Below are positions 60,501-64,000 of a stretch of 64,000 bases of DNA, piece after piece. Location of the stretch: NCBI GenBank assembly GCA_026936335.1, contig JAPMXV010000040.1, forward strand, positions 1 to 64,000, read 5' to 3'. The DNA is from Mantamonas sphyraenae STR306 (Eukaryota; Protista; CRuMs). The number at the start of each line of letters is the position of its first letter. Position 1 is the first letter of the stretch. The translations under genes were made by a program, and so were the position numbers. Under the pieces are notes generated by a model that was not told the origin of the DNA, searched no databases, and saw only the letters and a list, made by a program, of their open reading frames with translations.

Positions 60501-61062
60501 CAACTCGCGCATCTCGCTGGAGACATTCGACTCGTGCGAGGACATCTTTACGAGCGACCACAACCCGGTGTACGGCGTCTACAACGTGGGCGTGGAGCTG
60601 CCCTACACGGCGTGTGTGTTTGCCCCCTCGCAGGCGACGCAAATCCTGATCACGGAGCTGAATCTGTATGAGCTCAACCTGCAGACCACGAGCGGGTTGG
60701 CGAACAAGGTATTTCTGTCCTTCCACAGCAAGATCCTGGAAGGGACGCCCTTTTCGGAGATGGTGGAGCTGGACGATGACGGCACGTCGGTGTACTTTGA
60801 CCAGGTGAAGCCTCTGGAGCCGTTTGTGACGCAGCTGGAATACCTGCGGGACACGCATCTTACGCTGGCACTGCATCCGTCGACGGACACGGCGGTCAAG
60901 TGTGGCATCCAGGCAAAGTCGAACCTGCTGGCACAGTTCAACGTGTCGCTGCAGGGAGTGGACGATCTGGACGTGCACACGTTTGAGACAGAGGTGACAG
61001 TGGCGGGCATCTATGCAGGCCGTGCGTTGGGCAAGGTGCAGGTGTTGCAATGGGGAGAATGA
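57576..61062 (+). CDS. 4xSH3 inositol polyphosphate 5-phosphatase with C-terminal C2-like region; introns about 58461-58717 and 59211-59323
   Basis: Four SH3 motifs (ALY...W...G.FP.NY); 5-phosphatase motifs GSWNMGN, IGVQE, GNKGGV, TAHLAAH, FFGDLNYR, PAYCDRIL, SDHNPV. Splice joins are in frame. Confidence 0.85.
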
Positions 61063-61107
61063 ACGCGGAAGAAGGTGAACATGACAAACAGGAATGCAAC
61101 AGCCTGT

Positions 61108-62098
61108 TTACAGCAGCAGGGAGTTTGGCTCTTCCTCTTCCTCGACCTCCTTGGGTGGGTTGAGCTCTTCGTGGCGCTTGCGGGCTGCACGGTGGTGTTC
61201 CATGTCACCCATGATGACTTCAATGAATTCGTTGATGTTGATTAGGCCGTTGTTCTTGATGTTGAGACTGTACACGAGGTCGAGGGCCTTTTGCGTTTCA
61301 AACTGCAGCTCGGCGCCCTCCTCGTTGACGCGTTCGTGCTGGTGCTCAATGCCGTTTTCAAACGTCGAATAGTACACTTTCATAATCTCCTGGGAGGTGA
61401 GCACGTCGACGAGGGTTGCTGGATGGATCCAGCCCTCTTTGCCGTCTTCGCAGAAGTGGCGAAAGGCATCTTTCAGCTGTGTCTGCGTAAAGTCCGTCTC
61501 CACGGGCCGAGCCACCACCGCCAGAAACTCGGTAAACTCGATGGTGCCGTTTTGGTCTGCAGAGTGTGGCCATGAGAAGAAACGGGTCAGCGGGTGCCAG
61601 AGGAGAGCAAGACGGGAGCGCGGAGGTGGGGTAACGGTAGTCGGCAGATCTTGGGCGACGTACCTGCGTCGATTCGTTTGATCAAATCCATGGACTCCTG
61701 AAGTGGTATTGGCGACGGACAAGAGGCAGGTTTTGGGATGAGGAGGGAACGGGACAGTGGACGAGTGTGAGCAATACGGGGGGCGGGGAATTGGGGAGCT
61801 AGCTGCCGCAGCAAAACGCACCTGTGAGTCCATTGGGTGTCCCAGACGTTCCATAAAGTCCTGCAGCTCCACAATGGAGATGGATCCTTCGTTGTCCTTG
61901 TCCTGCAAGAGACGGGGGAAGGCGAGGGGAAGCGGGGAAGGGGTGTCAGCGGCCAGCGAACACACAGCAGTGCAGCTGAGTTGCGCGGCAGTTCACGCGT
62001 ACAATCACCGCAAAGAGTTCCTTGAACTCGTTGTATTGATCCTCTGTTAATGTCTCGATGAGGGCCTCAACCTCGCGGTTGAATTCCTCCATGTCCAT
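61108..62098 (-). CDS. Calmodulin-like EF-hand protein, multi-exon
   Basis: LTEDQYNEFKELFA, DKDNEGSISIVEL, DQNGTIEFTEFL, LKDAFRHF, NNGLININEF. Confidence 0.85.
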
Positions 62099-62367
62099 GT
62101 TGGGCGGATTGGTTGGATTGGTGGCGGAAACGCGGAAACGCGGGTGCGACTTTGTTCCGTTTGGGCAGCCAGCACAATCGCAGGAGGATGACGCAGACGA
62201 ATCGGGGAGACGAGCGAGTCCATTGCGCCATGGCCGTCATACTGTGTGCGTATGTGCTGCTGTGTGTGTGCATGGGTGTCCATGGCAACCTTGAAGAAGT
62301 CGATGAGGAAGTGCCGCTGTGGAGACCATCCCAACCCAACAGCAGCAACAAGCAAACAAACGAAGCA

Positions 62368-63346
62368 ATGAGCAGTGTGGGGAACGCATCCAAGGTGGTT
62401 CTGGTCACCGGTGGCAACCGAGGCCTGGGCAAGGCAATTGTGGAGTCGCTGGCCAAGTCGGACAAGGTGACGACGGTGCTGGGTGCACGCAGCGCCAAGG
62501 ATGGCCAAAAGGTGGCGGATGAGCTCAACGTGGGCTTTGTCGAGCTGGATGTGTCGAACAGTGAGAGCATCGCGGCTGCGGCGGAAACCCTGAAGAAGGA
62601 CTACGGAGCCATCGATGTCCTCATCAACAACGCGGGCATCTTCCCCAAGGAGGGTGGCTACGAGAATTCTCTCCAGTGCATGAGTGAGTTTAGTGCGCGC
62701 GTGCGCAAGTGTGTGGCGCAAGAATGGGGCGGGCGACAAGGTCCAATTCCGTTTCCGCCCGAAACTTCGAATTTTTCGGTGACACTGACCCTTCCCGCGC
62801 GCAGACGTGAACGTGTTTGGCGTGCAAAACACCACGCAAACGCTCCTGCCGCTGCTGCAGGCTGGTGACAAAGAGACCCCCGCACAGATCATTATGATGT
62901 CGTCGGGGATGGGTTCGCAGGACAACCACGCCGATGCGCTTGTCGACGAGACGTTTGACGAGGCTCTTTCGTCGCAAGAGGTGCTGGATCTGGTGGAAAA
63001 CAAGTACCTGGCAGCCGCCAAGGAGGGCACGGAGGGTGAACTCGGGTATGCGGCTGGGTCTGGCGCAAACATCTACCGGACGTCCAAGTTCTTTCTGAAC
63101 GCCCTTTCACTTGCACTCCACCGTGAGCTGCACCTGAACAAGGAAGAGGGTGCACGGGATGTGCTGGTGAACGTGGTGTGCCCTGGATGGTGTCGAACAG
63201 ACATGGGAGGGGAGAACGCGAGCCGCAGCCCCGAACAGGGTGCCTCGGGGGCGGTGAATCTGGTGCTGGCCAACGTGGACACATCTGGCACGTTTACACG
63301 TGACGGACAGACTGCGTCGTGGCGCACAGGCCTCACGGAGAAGTGA
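62368..63346 (+). CDS. Short-chain dehydrogenase/reductase (carbonyl reductase-like); intron 62683-62804
   Basis: LVTGGNRGLG, IDVLINNAG, VNVFG, YRTSK, VCPGWCRTDMGG. Confidence 0.93.
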
Positions 63347-63403
63347 GAGACGAGGAACGGGAGCGGGATCGCTTGTGGAGACAAAGAAAACCACCCACCT
63401 CTC

Positions 63404-64000
63404 ATGCCAGCCACGTGTTGTTGCTGTAACAAGCCTGAATCCGCTTGCTCGTCGTTGTTTCACAAGCGCGTGCTGGCGACACCGCGGTTGACGTTGGGAG
63501 AGGCCTTGTTCATGGCTGTGTACGTCGTCGTGGTGCTTGCCTTCTATGTGTTCAGCGCAGTCACAAAGGACCCCATCGCCCTTGGGCGTCCAGACTTTGT
63601 GCGTTGGTTCATGGCGCTGGGAGATCTGAACAACGTTCAGTATGCCTTTGTGGCGCTGCCGGTGACCCGCAACTCCATTTGGCTTCCGCTCATGGGCATC
63701 AGCTTTGAACGGTAGGTTGTGTGTGATGGCGGTGTGCGTAGGACTGGCTTGAGGCGTGTTGGGGAAGGGGTGGGGGAGGTTCACACAACCGGTGTCGTCT
63801 TTGGCCGTGCCAGCAAGTGTCCTGCCAGAGTTCTCAGGGACGTCACTCCCTCCCGTTTGCCAACAGCCGTGGGAGTGAGCCGACATCGCATGCACGTTTG
63901 AAACTCACCCTGTACAACCGCACGTCATGTTGGGTCACAGAGCCATTTTCTTTCACCGCGTGTTGGCGCGCTTTGTAAGTGAGCGTGGGGGCTTTTGTGG
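63404..64000 (+). CDS. Ferric reductase/NOX-like transmembrane protein, 5' part only
   Basis: TM segments and ALPVTRNSIWLPLMGISFER|AIFFHRVLARF, typical of the ferric reductase TM domain; runs off the window. Confidence 0.75.

Noticed and set aside
53670-61050. Long antisense ORFs (53670-55463, 59200-61050 and similar)
   Set aside because: Shadows of GC-biased codon usage in real genes on the opposite strand; no recognisable domains.
14173-64000. Alternative genetic code or transposable elements
   Set aside because: Conserved genes translate cleanly with the standard code and end in TGA, TAG or TAA; no transposase, reverse transcriptase or terminal repeats were seen.

Overview
Eukaryotic, GC-rich and very compact genome of a protist-like organism, using the standard code with GT-AG introns; a KAP3 gene suggests it is flagellated. 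Bases 1 to about 14148 are the end of a tandem 45S rDNA array (unit about 10.9 kb): a 28S 3' end, IGS, 18S-ITS1-5.8S-ITS2-28S, then a partial IGS. Each IGS copy carries an intron-containing polyubiquitin gene in the same orientation as the rRNA. The internal copy has four ubiquitin units. The terminal copy has two, and its last unit carries L8I/I36N/D39N/K48E/V70L. Just outside the array are four more genes for divergent ubiquitin-like proteins, one sharing the polyubiquitin intron position. The rest is a dense single-copy gene region: an LRR-Roc-COR protein with a degenerate P-loop, two tandem dual-PAS class III nucleotidyl cyclases, five glycosyltransferases of different families, a DUF229 protein, AKR, FAM32A, LRR-PP2C, Sar1, F-box/LRR, TIP30-like, WDR82, PTEN, TMEM33, NMD3, KAP3, a 4xSH3 inositol 5-phosphatase, an EF-hand protein, an SDR and a partial ferric reductase. 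Exon boundaries were read by eye and family calls rest on remembered motifs; no database search was run.
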